Below, in pieces: positions 43,900 through 53,107 of a stretch of DNA of 64,000 nucleotides. The position numbers were made by a program, and so were the translations under genes. The stretch spans positions 5,674-69,673 of the forward strand of contig CACXCG010000039.1 in the NCBI GenBank assembly GCA_902766125.1, in the 5' to 3' direction. This stretch comes from an uncultured Spirochaetaceae bacterium (GTDB lineage: Bacteria; Spirochaetota; Spirochaetia; Treponematales; Treponemataceae). How positions within the stretch are numbered: the stretch's first letter is position 1; each line of letters opens with the position of its first letter. The notes beneath the pieces were generated by a model that was given only the letters and a program-made list of their open reading frames with translations, was not told the DNA's origin and did not search any database.

Positions 43900-44853
43900 A
43901 TGCGCAATAGACTGATTTTTATTTTTACTTTATTTGTTGCCTCAATGGCTCCTCTGGCTGCCGTGGAATTAAGCGGTACGTATAAGACAGACTATACCGT
44001 AACAACAGAATTTAACACGGTCTCAAAAGGTAAGACGCTTCGTGTTACCAACGGTGCAACATTTGTGATGACTGATGCAATTGTGCAGGGAAGTATTGTG
44101 GTAGACAAAGGTTCCCGCCTTATTGCAAAAAAATCTGGTGCCGGTTATCTGGTGTTTGGTGAAGGAACCCATGTCGAAGGCATAGATCTGTACTATAAAG
44201 TCCGCGTTTCTGACGACCTGGTGTTTACCCGAAAGTTTCCCATGACGCTTGATGAAGTGTGGAGAAGCAAAAACCGCCAGCTGATTGACTGGGTCAGTAT
44301 TATAGAATTCTGCTACAGTTCTGAATTGAACGGATGGGTTTCCATCAATGAAATCCGCTATCAGAATCCGTTTAATGAAAATCTGTTTGATGAATACGAT
44401 ATCGTGCTTACAAAGTCAGCAACACAGCCTCTTGAAGGTGGATGCCGGTCTCTTATTGTAAAAAACAAGGCAAAGATTGTTATTCAGCCTTTACGGGATC
44501 GCTGGAATACAATCATTAGCGAATCAATCATTGTTGAAAAAGGTGCGTCTCTCTTGGGAACGACACGTGACGGACATAAACTGGTCGTAAAAAACGGCAT
44601 AAAAATCGAAGGACTTCCTGTGTATATCCGCGTAAACAATGATCTGATAGAGGCTAACACTATCCTTGAGGATTTGTGGAATCTTCCTGAGGTAAAGCAG
44701 TGGGGAGACGGTCTTATACTTGCGTATGTGCCTGAATTAAAAGGCTGGTATTTCCAGGATATTATGCTTGGCGATAACGACCTTCCCAAAGCCTTAAAGA
44801 CGAAAATTGACGCTCTAAAGGCAGGCAATAAGGCATATCCATATAAATTCTAA
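43900..44853 (+). CDS. Secreted hypothetical protein built from two homologous modules of about 115 aa
   Basis: The signal peptide is MRNRLIFIFTLFVASMAPLAA. The internal repeat pairs VVDKGSRLIAKK...VEGIDLYYKVRVSDDLV...ELNGW with IVEKGASLLGTT...IEGLPVYIRVNNDLI...ELKGW. Confidence 0.65.
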   Translation: MRNRLIFIFTLFVASMAPLAAVELSGTYKTDYTVTTEFNTVSKGKTLRVTNGATFVMTDAIVQGSIVVDKGSRLIAKKSGAGYLVFGEGTHVEGIDLYYKVRVSDDLVFTRKFPMTLDEVWRSKNRQLIDWVSIIEFCYSSELNGWVSINEIRYQNPFNENLFDEYDIVLTKSATQPLEGGCRSLIVKNKAKIVIQPLRDRWNTIISESIIVEKGASLLGTTRDGHKLVVKNGIKIEGLPVYIRVNNDLIEANTILEDLWNLPEVKQWGDGLILAYVPELKGWYFQDIMLGDNDLPKALKTKIDALKAGNKAYPYKF

Positions 44854-44910
44854 ACAGATATATAGTCTAATAAATTAAGCCGCGGAGGGCGCACATTTTC
44901 TTAACATAAA

Positions 44911-44960
44911 GCAAGGCATAAAAAATCACAGGGATGTGATTTTTTATGCCTTGCTTTTTA
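44911..44960 (+). terminator. Intrinsic terminator with a perfect 20-bp stem (GCAAGGCATAAAAAATCACA / TGTGATTTTTTATGCCTTGC), a GGGA loop and a TTTTTA tail
   Basis: The inverted repeat was verified base by base. The 3' arm overlaps the -35 of the next promoter. Confidence 0.75.
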
Positions 44961-44979
44961 TGACATTTTACGCTATAAT
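44951..44979 (+). promoter_or_regulatory. Promoter: TTGCTT, N17, TATAAT. The -10 ends 6 nt before the ATG at 44986.
   Basis: Consensus -10 hexamer, and no SD. Confidence 0.55.
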
Positions 44980-44985
44980 GTCATT

Positions 44986-46914
44986 ATGGAACAGACCCTG
45001 CCCAAAGTCATTCAAAGTATCGCAGAAAAGTATCCTGAGGTTATTGCTCAGTATTCCCGCACAAAGACTGGTGATTTTATTCCCACCAACTACCATGATT
45101 TTTTTCAGCGCAGTCTGGATTTTGCCGGTAGTCTTCTTGACTTAGGTCTTAAGCGTGGGGACCGAATTGGCCTTATAAGCGATGACCGCAAAGAATGGCA
45201 GCAGGCAGATATGGGTCTTCTTGCAATCGGTGCCATCGATACTCCGCGCGGCTGTGATGCTTCCGAAAAAGATCTTTCATACATTCTTTCGTTTGCTGAA
45301 TGTGAAACCGTTATTGCAGAAAACAATTCTCAGGTAAAGAAAATCCTCAACATCAAGGACAGTCTTCCGCTCTTAAAAAAGCTGATTGCGTTTGATGCTG
45401 TTGATGTGCAGGAAAATGAACGTGCTGCTTCCTGTGGTGTCCAGGTGTTTTCGTTTGATTCGCTGTGTGAAAGCGGTCACGAATGGCGCAAAAATAATCC
45501 CGACGTTGTAGAAAATGAATTGAACAAAGGTCAGTGGGATGACCTTGCAACTATTATCTTTACCAGCGGAACAACCGGAACTCCGAAAGGTGTTATGCTT
45601 ACGCACGGAAACTTTATTGCTCAACTTGATGAACTTAAAGAGCGTATCTTCCTTAATCCCGGTGAAAAAGCACTGTGTGTTCTTCCGATATGGCATGTGT
45701 TCCAGCGTGAATGTGAATACGTTATCATGAGTCAGGCTGCTTCAGTCTGTTACAGTAAACCGATTGGAAGCATTCTGCTTGCTGATTTTCAGAAAATCAA
45801 TCCGCATCTTATGCCTGCAGTTCCCCGCGTGTTCGAAGCAATCTACGACGGTGTGTGGAGAAAGATGCGTAAGACTGGCGGCATAACGCTTGCCATGTTC
45901 AAGTTCTTTGTAAATGAATCCATCTTGTGGTGTAAGATTGACCGTAAACTTCGCCGTAAGACTGCACGTTTTGAAAGTGACCATCTGCAGTTCTGGTGGC
46001 CGGTGTTAGTGCTGCCGTGGATTTTACTGTATCCGCTTCGCCTGCTGGGAAAAGTCCTGGTGTTCAAAAAACTGAAAGCGGTTGTGGGTAAAAACTTCCG
46101 TGCCGGTATTGCCGGTGGCGGTGCGTATCCTGCATACATCGATGAATTCTTCTGGGCTGTCGGCATAGAAGTTGTTGAAGGTTACGGCTTAACCGAAACT
46201 GCTCCTGTTGTAAGTGTTCGTCCTATTGCTGATCCTATTTTCCGTACTGTCGGAACTCCGATTCGTCATGTTGAAGTTCGTGTTGTTGATGATAACGGAC
46301 TTATTCTTGGTCGTGGTCGCAAGGGTAACATTCAGGTTCGCGGTGCAACCGTTATGAAAGGATACTACAAGCGCGATGACCTTACGCAGAAAGTTATGAC
46401 TGTTGACGGCTGGTTTGATACCGGAGACATTGGTATTCTTACTGTCGATAACGAGATTCAGCTGCGTGGCCGTAAAAAAGATACGATTGTTCTTATGGGC
46501 GGCGAAAACATTGAACCTATTCCGATTGAACAGAAGCTGAATACTTCTCGCTACATAGACGGTTCTATGGTTTTGGGAACAAATGAAAAGGGCGAAGACC
46601 AGCGCTATCTGACAGCCCTTATCATTCCCAACAAAGAAGAAATTGAATCGTACGCAAAAGAAAATAAACTTCCGTTTGAAAGTTATGAAGAACTGGTGCA
46701 GAATGAAGCAATCAGAAAACTGCTTTCTGATCAGATTACAGAACTGGTTAGTGCAAAGAACGGTTTCAAATCGTTTGAAAAAATTTCTGCCTTCGATATC
46801 ATTACCAAGCCGTTTGAAGTCGGCGTAGAACTGAGTGCAAAACAGGATATGATGCGCTATCGTATCATAGAAATCTACAAAGACAAAATCGCAAAGCTGT
46901 ATTCAGCAAAATAA
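44986..46914 (+). CDS. Long-chain-fatty-acid--CoA ligase (AMP-forming adenylating enzyme)
   Basis: IIFTSGTTGTPKGVMLTH is the AMP-binding motif, together with GYGLTETAP and WFDTGDIG. Confidence 0.85.
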   Translation: MEQTLPKVIQSIAEKYPEVIAQYSRTKTGDFIPTNYHDFFQRSLDFAGSLLDLGLKRGDRIGLISDDRKEWQQADMGLLAIGAIDTPRGCDASEKDLSYILSFAECETVIAENNSQVKKILNIKDSLPLLKKLIAFDAVDVQENERAASCGVQVFSFDSLCESGHEWRKNNPDVVENELNKGQWDDLATIIFTSGTTGTPKGVMLTHGNFIAQLDELKERIFLNPGEKALCVLPIWHVFQRECEYVIMSQAASVCYSKPIGSILLADFQKINPHLMPAVPRVFEAIYDGVWRKMRKTGGITLAMFKFFVNESILWCKIDRKLRRKTARFESDHLQFWWPVLVLPWILLYPLRLLGKVLVFKKLKAVVGKNFRAGIAGGGAYPAYIDEFFWAVGIEVVEGYGLTETAPVVSVRPIADPIFRTVGTPIRHVEVRVVDDNGLILGRGRKGNIQVRGATVMKGYYKRDDLTQKVMTVDGWFDTGDIGILTVDNEIQLRGRKKDTIVLMGGENIEPIPIEQKLNTSRYIDGSMVLGTNEKGEDQRYLTALIIPNKEEIESYAKENKLPFESYEELVQNEAIRKLLSDQITELVSAKNGFKSFEKISAFDIITKPFEVGVELSAKQDMMRYRIIEIYKDKIAKLYSAK

Positions 46915-46919
46915 TGCGG

Positions 46920-48101
46920 TTAATCTAAGTTAAGAATAAGTGCTCCCGATTTTGCGTCGGTGCGTAACGGTCTGTTCGTATCTAGCGCAAGACGGTAGCT
47001 TTCTCCGGATGCTAATTCTGTCTGCGTTACCACAAGTAATAATCCTAACGGGCTGCATGCATAATATCCCTGACGGTTTCCAGGAAGCCGTATACTGTCG
47101 CTTGCAATTCTAAACGTAATGTCTTCTGATTCAGAAATTTGTGCACTTGCCTTGTCCTGCACTGCAATAAACGAAAGAACTGCCCGCTCTTTGGTAAGAT
47201 GTGCGGTGTCTGACAAATGTTTTAATGCTTTGGGTGCATCCTGTGTTGATGAAACATAATTGCACCATTTTCCTTTTTTCTTACCGTCCATGGAACATGC
47301 TTCGCAGTGAGTGCACGGGCTTACCGGAACAAAATCTTTGCGCATAAAGGCATCGCGTAACAGACTTATAAATCGTGCGCAGGAAGGAACTCCCGGTTCT
47401 ATGACAAGAATTCGTGCGTCGGATTTCTGAGTGTAATTCATCAGGTTCTGGCACTGTTTTTTTGCAAGATAGTCAGGCGGCATGGTCTGTTTTTGCAGCA
47501 CTTCATTAAAAACGTTTGCACTGGTAACAAGCCGCGCTTTCTGTTTTATACTGCATCCTAATTCACCTTTTACGCGGATGATGTTCCACGGCTGACAGCC
47601 TAACTTTGCAGCAACAGAGTAAAAAATATTTTCACCAACGGTCAGTGCCTGCGAAGAAATGTCCATGCAGTACCAGGTAAGTTTTTTCTGCCGTAAGTCT
47701 TTTCGTGCCATAAACAGGGCTGTCACCACCGTAAGCGGTCCGCTTCCAATATCAAGACAGATGTCGCCGTCGTTCAGCGAAAAGAAACTGTCGCTCATGT
47801 TAACAAACAGTTTTGTAAGCCGCACTAAATTCCACCACATAAAGTAGTGTGTGTATGCACTTAGGGTTTCAGTGCGGTTCATGTATCCTAAGTGGCGCTT
47901 GTCCCGTTCATCAGTAAGAGAGTGACTTAATTCGCGGATAATCTGCGGAAGCTGTGCACGCTGTTTTGAATTAAGCGGATGTGTTGAAGCAATTACTTTG
48001 TCAAATTCTGCAAGCAGTGCCTTTGTGTCAGCAGGAACAGTGCGCTGTGTAAAAAGTGAATCTACACTGGTAACGGCAGGTGCTTCATGTTCACTGTGCA
48101 T
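46920..48101 (-). CDS. Class I SAM-dependent methyltransferase, Rsm22-like
   Basis: CLDIGSGPLT is SAM motif I. The C-terminal cysteine cluster is PCTHCEACS...KWCNY, as in the Rsm22/COG5459 family. It overlaps the upstream MerR gene by 11 nt. Confidence 0.55.
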   Translation of the reverse strand: MHSEHEAPAVTSVDSLFTQRTVPADTKALLAEFDKVIASTHPLNSKQRAQLPQIIRELSHSLTDERDKRHLGYMNRTETLSAYTHYFMWWNLVRLTKLFVNMSDSFFSLNDGDICLDIGSGPLTVVTALFMARKDLRQKKLTWYCMDISSQALTVGENIFYSVAAKLGCQPWNIIRVKGELGCSIKQKARLVTSANVFNEVLQKQTMPPDYLAKKQCQNLMNYTQKSDARILVIEPGVPSCARFISLLRDAFMRKDFVPVSPCTHCEACSMDGKKKGKWCNYVSSTQDAPKALKHLSDTAHLTKERAVLSFIAVQDKASAQISESEDITFRIASDSIRLPGNRQGYYACSPLGLLLVVTQTELASGESYRLALDTNRPLRTDAKSGALILNLD

Positions 48102-48477
48102 CTGCAGCGTCCTCTTGTGTATTTACATTTTCTGCCTGTGCTGCGTTCTGATGATTCTGTCCGCTTTTCTTTAACATAAGATACATCTGTCCAAGTTCTG
48201 CGCGTATTTCGTGCAGTGCCTGAAGTGCACTTGCGTTTGCATCTGCAACAGCGGTTTCCTGAATTATCTGCTGGCGTGCTCCGTCAATGGTGTAGCGTTT
48301 AGTGTAAATTAAAAACTTAAGGCGTAAGATAATGTCTATTTCGCGCTGTGTGTATGTGCGGCGACCTGATGCATCTTTCTTTGGAGAAAAGCAGGGAATG
48401 ACTTCTTCCCAGTAGCGCAGTACGTATGGTTTTATTCCGGTAAGCTGTTCGACTTCGCCAATTGAATACTGCGCCAT
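48091..48477 (-). CDS. MerR-family HTH protein (no obvious effector domain)
   Basis: YSIGEVEQLTGIKPYVLRYWEE...RRTYTQREIDIILRLKFL. The start ATG at 48477 overlaps the der stop by 1 nt. Confidence 0.75.
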   Translation of the reverse strand: MAQYSIGEVEQLTGIKPYVLRYWEEVIPCFSPKKDASGRRTYTQREIDIILRLKFLIYTKRYTIDGARQQIIQETAVADANASALQALHEIRAELGQMYLMLKKSGQNHQNAAQAENVNTQEDAADAQ

Positions 48478-50015
48478 TACGGTTCCTCTCTGTCCTGCCA
48501 CTTCTGACGGCTTGCCTTCATTTCAATCTGAACAGGAATCTGATCAAAACCTAAATCTTCACGCACGCGGTTTTTGAGGTATGAAACATAGCTTGCAGGA
48601 ACATTGTCCGGTCTGGTTGCAAAAATTAAAAAGGTAACCGGGTTAACGCTTGTCTGCGTAATGTAGCGCACCTTAAAGTGAATTGCTTTTGTTGCTGGCG
48701 GCGGATACTGGGTAAGCCAGTCGCGCAGTGCAAGGTTGAGTGCCGAAGTGTCAATCTTTTTATTCAGCTGTTCGTACAAAGTCAGTGCAGTGTTCATCAG
48801 ATTTTTAATTCCGTCTGCATTGAGTGCACTTATGGGAACTATGGGAGCCCACTTCATCTGGCCAAACATGTCGTTGATGTATTCTTTTGTTTCGCGGAAT
48901 GCACGGTTACTCTGATCTTCTACTGTATCCCACTTGTTGAGTACGAAGATGATTCCCCGTCCGCGTTCGTATGCAAGTGAAGTAATTTTTTTGTCCTGTT
49001 CGGCAAGTCCTTCTTTTGCATCTATCATGATGAATACAACATCACATTCGTCAAGCGTTTTAATTGCTCTGTTTACCGAATAGTATTCAACATTTTCGTG
49101 AACTTTTGCCTTGCGTCGTATTCCTGCTGTGTCCAGAATCTGAATGTCGCGTCCGTTGTAGCGGAAACTTCCTTCAACAACATCGCGCGTAGTTCCTGCA
49201 TAATCGCTTACGATTGAAGCCTGTGTATGGGTAAGTGCATTGCTGAGCGTTGATTTTCCTGTGTTCGGTTTACCTAAAATTGCAATGCGTATGGGTCTGT
49301 CTTCTGCATCAGCTTCTGTTACGCGGCTAAAGTCCAGTCCTTCGGTCAGCTTTTTCTGCAGAAGGTCAAGATTGTCTCCGCGTGCAGCAGAAATAAACAG
49401 CATGTCTTTAAAACCAAACTTGCTGTGCTGCCATGCAAGCAGTTCGTTCTTTCCGCCTTCTGTTTTGTTTACGGCTGCAATAACTTTGTCACCGTACTGT
49501 CTGAGCGTTAATACAAATTCTTCATCTTCTGGAGTGATTTCTGTTGCATCCAGCAAAAGTAAAATGCGGTCAGCTTTCTTGAGCATTTCTACGGTTTTTG
49601 CAACAACAAGATCATCCATCTCTGATTCGCGCGAGGTCATGTCACGGGTCAGTTTGTATCCGCCGGTATCCATAAGGTGCACCGGTTTCCCGTCAAGAAA
49701 TGCGGTTCCTTCAACAGGGTCTCGGGTAACGCCGGGAGTAGGGTCAGTGATTGCACGTTTTGTTTTGGTAAGCGCATTGAACAGTGTTGATTTTCCTACG
49801 TTAGGACGACCGGCAATAACAATGAGCGGAAGATTGTAATAGGATTTTTCAGAATAAAACTGCTGAGTCTTTTTTCTGTGTGATTCTACTTTGTCTTTTT
49901 CTTCTGTCTGTTCCTGAACAACAGGCTGTGTAATTTCTTCGACAACTGCCTGTTCAAGGTCGTTTTTCTGAGGCTTTGGTTTTGAAAAGTCTGGCTTTTG
50001 TTTTTTCTTTTTCAT
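48477..50015 (-). CDS. der: Ribosome-biogenesis GTPase Der (EngA) with a Lys/Glu-rich N-terminal extension
   Basis: Two GTPase domains (GRPNVGKST and GKPNTGKST) plus a C-terminal KH-like domain. Confidence 0.9.
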   Translation of the reverse strand: MKKKKQKPDFSKPKPQKNDLEQAVVEEITQPVVQEQTEEKDKVESHRKKTQQFYSEKSYYNLPLIVIAGRPNVGKSTLFNALTKTKRAITDPTPGVTRDPVEGTAFLDGKPVHLMDTGGYKLTRDMTSRESEMDDLVVAKTVEMLKKADRILLLLDATEITPEDEEFVLTLRQYGDKVIAAVNKTEGGKNELLAWQHSKFGFKDMLFISAARGDNLDLLQKKLTEGLDFSRVTEADAEDRPIRIAILGKPNTGKSTLSNALTHTQASIVSDYAGTTRDVVEGSFRYNGRDIQILDTAGIRRKAKVHENVEYYSVNRAIKTLDECDVVFIMIDAKEGLAEQDKKITSLAYERGRGIIFVLNKWDTVEDQSNRAFRETKEYINDMFGQMKWAPIVPISALNADGIKNLMNTALTLYEQLNKKIDTSALNLALRDWLTQYPPPATKAIHFKVRYITQTSVNPVTFLIFATRPDNVPASYVSYLKNRVREDLGFDQIPVQIEMKASRQKWQDREEP

Positions 50016-50036
50016 GTGGTAACCTTTTGTGCTTTG

Positions 50037-51716
50037 TTAGAAAAGCGGCCGTGTAGAAATGTTGGTAAGCTCAGAAATAGTAAACTGTGACAGCGTTTCT
50101 TTTATAATGGGAATCTGTTTTGGAGTCATGCTGAGTGAACGGACACCCATTCCTGCAAGGATGATGACACTTTCTTTCCTTCCTGCCATTTCTCCGCAGA
50201 CTGAAAGCGGAATGTGTGCACCGCTTGCACTGTTGATAGTATGTTTTATCATGCGTAAAACTGCAAGATGGAATTCATTGTATAGCGGAGCAACTGCAGG
50301 ATTTTCGCGGTCGACTCCCAGAGTGTATTGGGTAAGATCGTTTGTTCCTAAAGAGAAGAAGTCGCTGTGCGGTGCAAGGCAGTCTGCGGTAAGTGCTGCC
50401 GCTGCGGTTTCTACCATAATGCCGATGGGAACATCCTCGCGGAATGGAATGTTGTCTTCACGCAAACTCATCTGAACGCCGCGTGCAATTCCCCTGATGG
50501 TATCTATCTGTGCAAGGTCTGTAATGAGCGGTAACATGATGCGTAAGTTTCCGTACACGCTTGCCCGGTACAATGCCCGTAACTGAGTGCGCAATACCTG
50601 CGGATAAAAAAGCGAAAGTCGTATGGCGCGTAATCCCATGAGCGGATTTTTTTCGTTTAACTGCGGTATGTCTTTTGAAGAAAGCAATTTATCTCCGCCT
50701 GCATCAAGTGTGCGGATGGTAACCGGTTTGTCTCCCATTATCTGAAGAACCTGCTTGTAGGCTTCAAACTGAGTTTCTTCGCTTACCGTATTGTTGTGTG
50801 CTTTTGACATGAACAGAAATTCAGTGCGGAACAATCCAATGCCGTCTGCTCCCTGATCAAGTGCAATCTGTGCTTCTTCGGGAGTTCCAATGTTTGCATA
50901 CAGATAGAATCGTGTGCCGTCGCTTGTCTGTGCCGGTTTGTCACGGAACTGCTGTAATGCCTGTACATATTTTTGTTCTTCAAGAATTTTTGCGTTGTAT
51001 TCTTCGATAGTCTGCTGATCAGGTAAGATGGTTGCTTCGCCAAGAGAACCATCAATAATCAGCTGGTCTCCTGTTTTAACCTGATGAACAATATCTTCAA
51101 GTCCGACGACAGCAGGTATGCCAAAACTTTTTGCAAGAATAGCAACATGACTTGAAACACCGCCTTCGGTAAGAGCAAGTCCCGCAATTTTTCGTTTCGA
51201 AAGAATGACGGTGTCGCTTGTCTTCATGGCGCGTGCAACAATGACAACTCCATCGGGAACCTGTTCAATATCAAAAGGATGAAAATCCAAAAGTTCATTT
51301 AAAACTTTTCCAAACACATCTTCTATGTCGCGTGAACGTTCTGCAAGATAATCGTTGCCGCTGTTACGCAGACGCTGTGCATAATCTTCAACTTTCTTTT
51401 CGAGTGTGTGTTCAATGTTGTACAAATCCTGCTCAAGTGCATCTTTTACTTCGCCCAGAAAAACAGGATCGCTCAGCATAAGCTGATAGGTTTCAAAAAT
51501 GACACGCTGTACGTTTTCGTGATCTAAATCTGCAAGATGATTTTTTATTTCTTCCTGAACGGTTTCTACGGCATCGTCAAAGCGTTTCCATTCTTTGGCG
51601 ACATCCTCTTTGGAAATAGCGTGGTGCGGAATAATTCTTTCTTTTTCTTCGGGAAGGACAAATGCAGGACCAATTCCTATGCCGGTTGCCGCGGATATTC
51701 CCAGTATGACGTTCAT
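50037..51716 (-). CDS. ptsI: Phosphoenolpyruvate--protein phosphotransferase (PTS Enzyme I)
   Basis: LTEGGVSSHVAILAKSFGIPAVVG contains the phospho-His region. GLFRTEFLF and SLGTNDLTQY are also present. There is no N-terminal GAF domain, so this is ptsI rather than ptsP. Confidence 0.88.
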   Translation of the reverse strand: MNVILGISAATGIGIGPAFVLPEEKERIIPHHAISKEDVAKEWKRFDDAVETVQEEIKNHLADLDHENVQRVIFETYQLMLSDPVFLGEVKDALEQDLYNIEHTLEKKVEDYAQRLRNSGNDYLAERSRDIEDVFGKVLNELLDFHPFDIEQVPDGVVIVARAMKTSDTVILSKRKIAGLALTEGGVSSHVAILAKSFGIPAVVGLEDIVHQVKTGDQLIIDGSLGEATILPDQQTIEEYNAKILEEQKYVQALQQFRDKPAQTSDGTRFYLYANIGTPEEAQIALDQGADGIGLFRTEFLFMSKAHNNTVSEETQFEAYKQVLQIMGDKPVTIRTLDAGGDKLLSSKDIPQLNEKNPLMGLRAIRLSLFYPQVLRTQLRALYRASVYGNLRIMLPLITDLAQIDTIRGIARGVQMSLREDNIPFREDVPIGIMVETAAAALTADCLAPHSDFFSLGTNDLTQYTLGVDRENPAVAPLYNEFHLAVLRMIKHTINSASGAHIPLSVCGEMAGRKESVIILAGMGVRSLSMTPKQIPIIKETLSQFTISELTNISTRPLF

Positions 51717-51767
51717 AGTTTACTATAATACCGAGAGTTCAGTTGTATTTCAATAGGGGGTAAGAAT

Positions 51768-52529
51768 TTACAGGCTCTGGCGTCTTACTTCATACAGCAG
51801 GATGCCTGCCGCAACGGAAACATTCAGACTGTCTATTTTACCGCAGGTGGGAATGGCTATGAAGGTATCGCACTGTTCAGACAGAAGCCGTGAAATGCCG
51901 CTTCCTTCGCTTCCCATGATGATGCAGGTTTTGTCGGCAAAAGTGGTTTTGTTGACACTGGTTCCCCGGGCGTCTGCTGCATACAGCCAGAATCCTGCGT
52001 TTTTAAGCTGTTCTGCGGCGCGTACCAGGTTAGTGACCGTTGCACAGGGAACATACGCACTTGCACCTGCACTGGAGCGGGCAATGGTTTCGTTGTGCTG
52101 TACGTCAGAGGCAGAGCGTCGTTCTGACAGAATGCATAAGTCTGCTCCCAGCTGGTCACAGGAACGCAGGATTGCTCCCACATTGTGAGGATCAGTTACG
52201 CTGTCCAGCATGATAACACAGGCTTTTTCGCGCGGAACAGAAAGCCACTGTTCCAGAGATACCTGATTGGTTGCGTTTGAGTCTTCTCCGCTTGCCGTAA
52301 GCACAATTCCCCGGTGGTCACGGGACTGAACAGGAAGACTCTGTGTCAGTTTGTCCAGGTCTGCGTCGGTTACCTGTGTGCAGGAAATGCCGTTTTCTTT
52401 TGCAAGGGACAGAATTTTTTTAACACGCGGTCCCGGATTTGCAAACTGAATCGAAAGAGAGGAGGTTTTGTGTTCTGCTATTGCACGCCGAATCCGTTCT
52501 TCGACGGCATGAAATCCTGTATAGGTCAA
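51768..52529 (-). CDS. rlmB: TrmH-family 23S rRNA (guanosine-2'-O)-methyltransferase, RlmB-like
   Basis: LDSVTDPHNVGAILRS...IIMGSEGSGIS...IPTCGKIDSLNVSVAAGILLYE. Confidence 0.75.
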   Translation of the reverse strand: MTYTGFHAVEERIRRAIAEHKTSSLSIQFANPGPRVKKILSLAKENGISCTQVTDADLDKLTQSLPVQSRDHRGIVLTASGEDSNATNQVSLEQWLSVPREKACVIMLDSVTDPHNVGAILRSCDQLGADLCILSERRSASDVQHNETIARSSAGASAYVPCATVTNLVRAAEQLKNAGFWLYAADARGTSVNKTTFADKTCIIMGSEGSGISRLLSEQCDTFIAIPTCGKIDSLNVSVAAGILLYEVRRQSL

Positions 52530-52555
52530 TTAGCTGCCTTTACCACAATGTTGTG

Positions 52556-53059
52556 TTAATTCTTACCGCAGCAGTTTTTAAACTTCTTACCGCTTCCGCA
52601 GGGGCAGGGTTCGTTTCTGCCTACTTTGGGAGTATCTCTGACTACGGTGGTGGGTCTTACCATGCCGGTATTGTACAGCCATTCACCGTTTATCTTTTTG
52701 AATGCAGCAATTTCGTGATGAACATCGCGGATTCCCTTCTGAGAATAGGTTGCTTCAAATTCAACAACGCCTTCATCATCAGAAGCAGTGCCTTTTTCGG
52801 TACGGAGAATCTTTAAACCGTGCCAGGTGCTGTTACGGCTCCAGTCTTCAGTAGCCTTGCGGTCAATTTCTGCAATTTCTTCGCTTTTTTCGCAGGTGTT
52901 GATGATAAAGTCAACATCATGAACTACGTATGCTGTATAGCGTGCACGCATCAGTGCTTCTGCTGTCTGCGGTTTTGCAGATCCTTTAATCAGAGGACCA
53001 CAGCAATCATCATACTTTTTTCCGCTTCCACACGGACACATTTCAAAAGTTTCACTCAT
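52556..53059 (-). CDS. YchJ-family protein with SEC-C zinc motifs at both termini
   Basis: The N-terminus is [13 protein letters not shown] and the C-terminus is [13 protein letters not shown]. The start is at MSETFE (53059). The ORF-track extension has no support. Confidence 0.8.
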   Translation of the reverse strand: MSETFEMCPCGSGKKYDDCCGPLIKGSAKPQTAEALMRARYTAYVVHDVDFIINTCEKSEEIAEIDRKATEDWSRNSTWHGLKILRTEKGTASDDEGVVEFEATYSQKGIRDVHHEIAAFKKINGEWLYNTGMVRPTTVVRDTPKVGRNEPCPCGSGKKFKNCCGKN

Positions 53060-53107
53060 AGTGAACCCAGTATACTGAATTGTAGCCGCTCTTTCAATAA
53101 CTATGTA

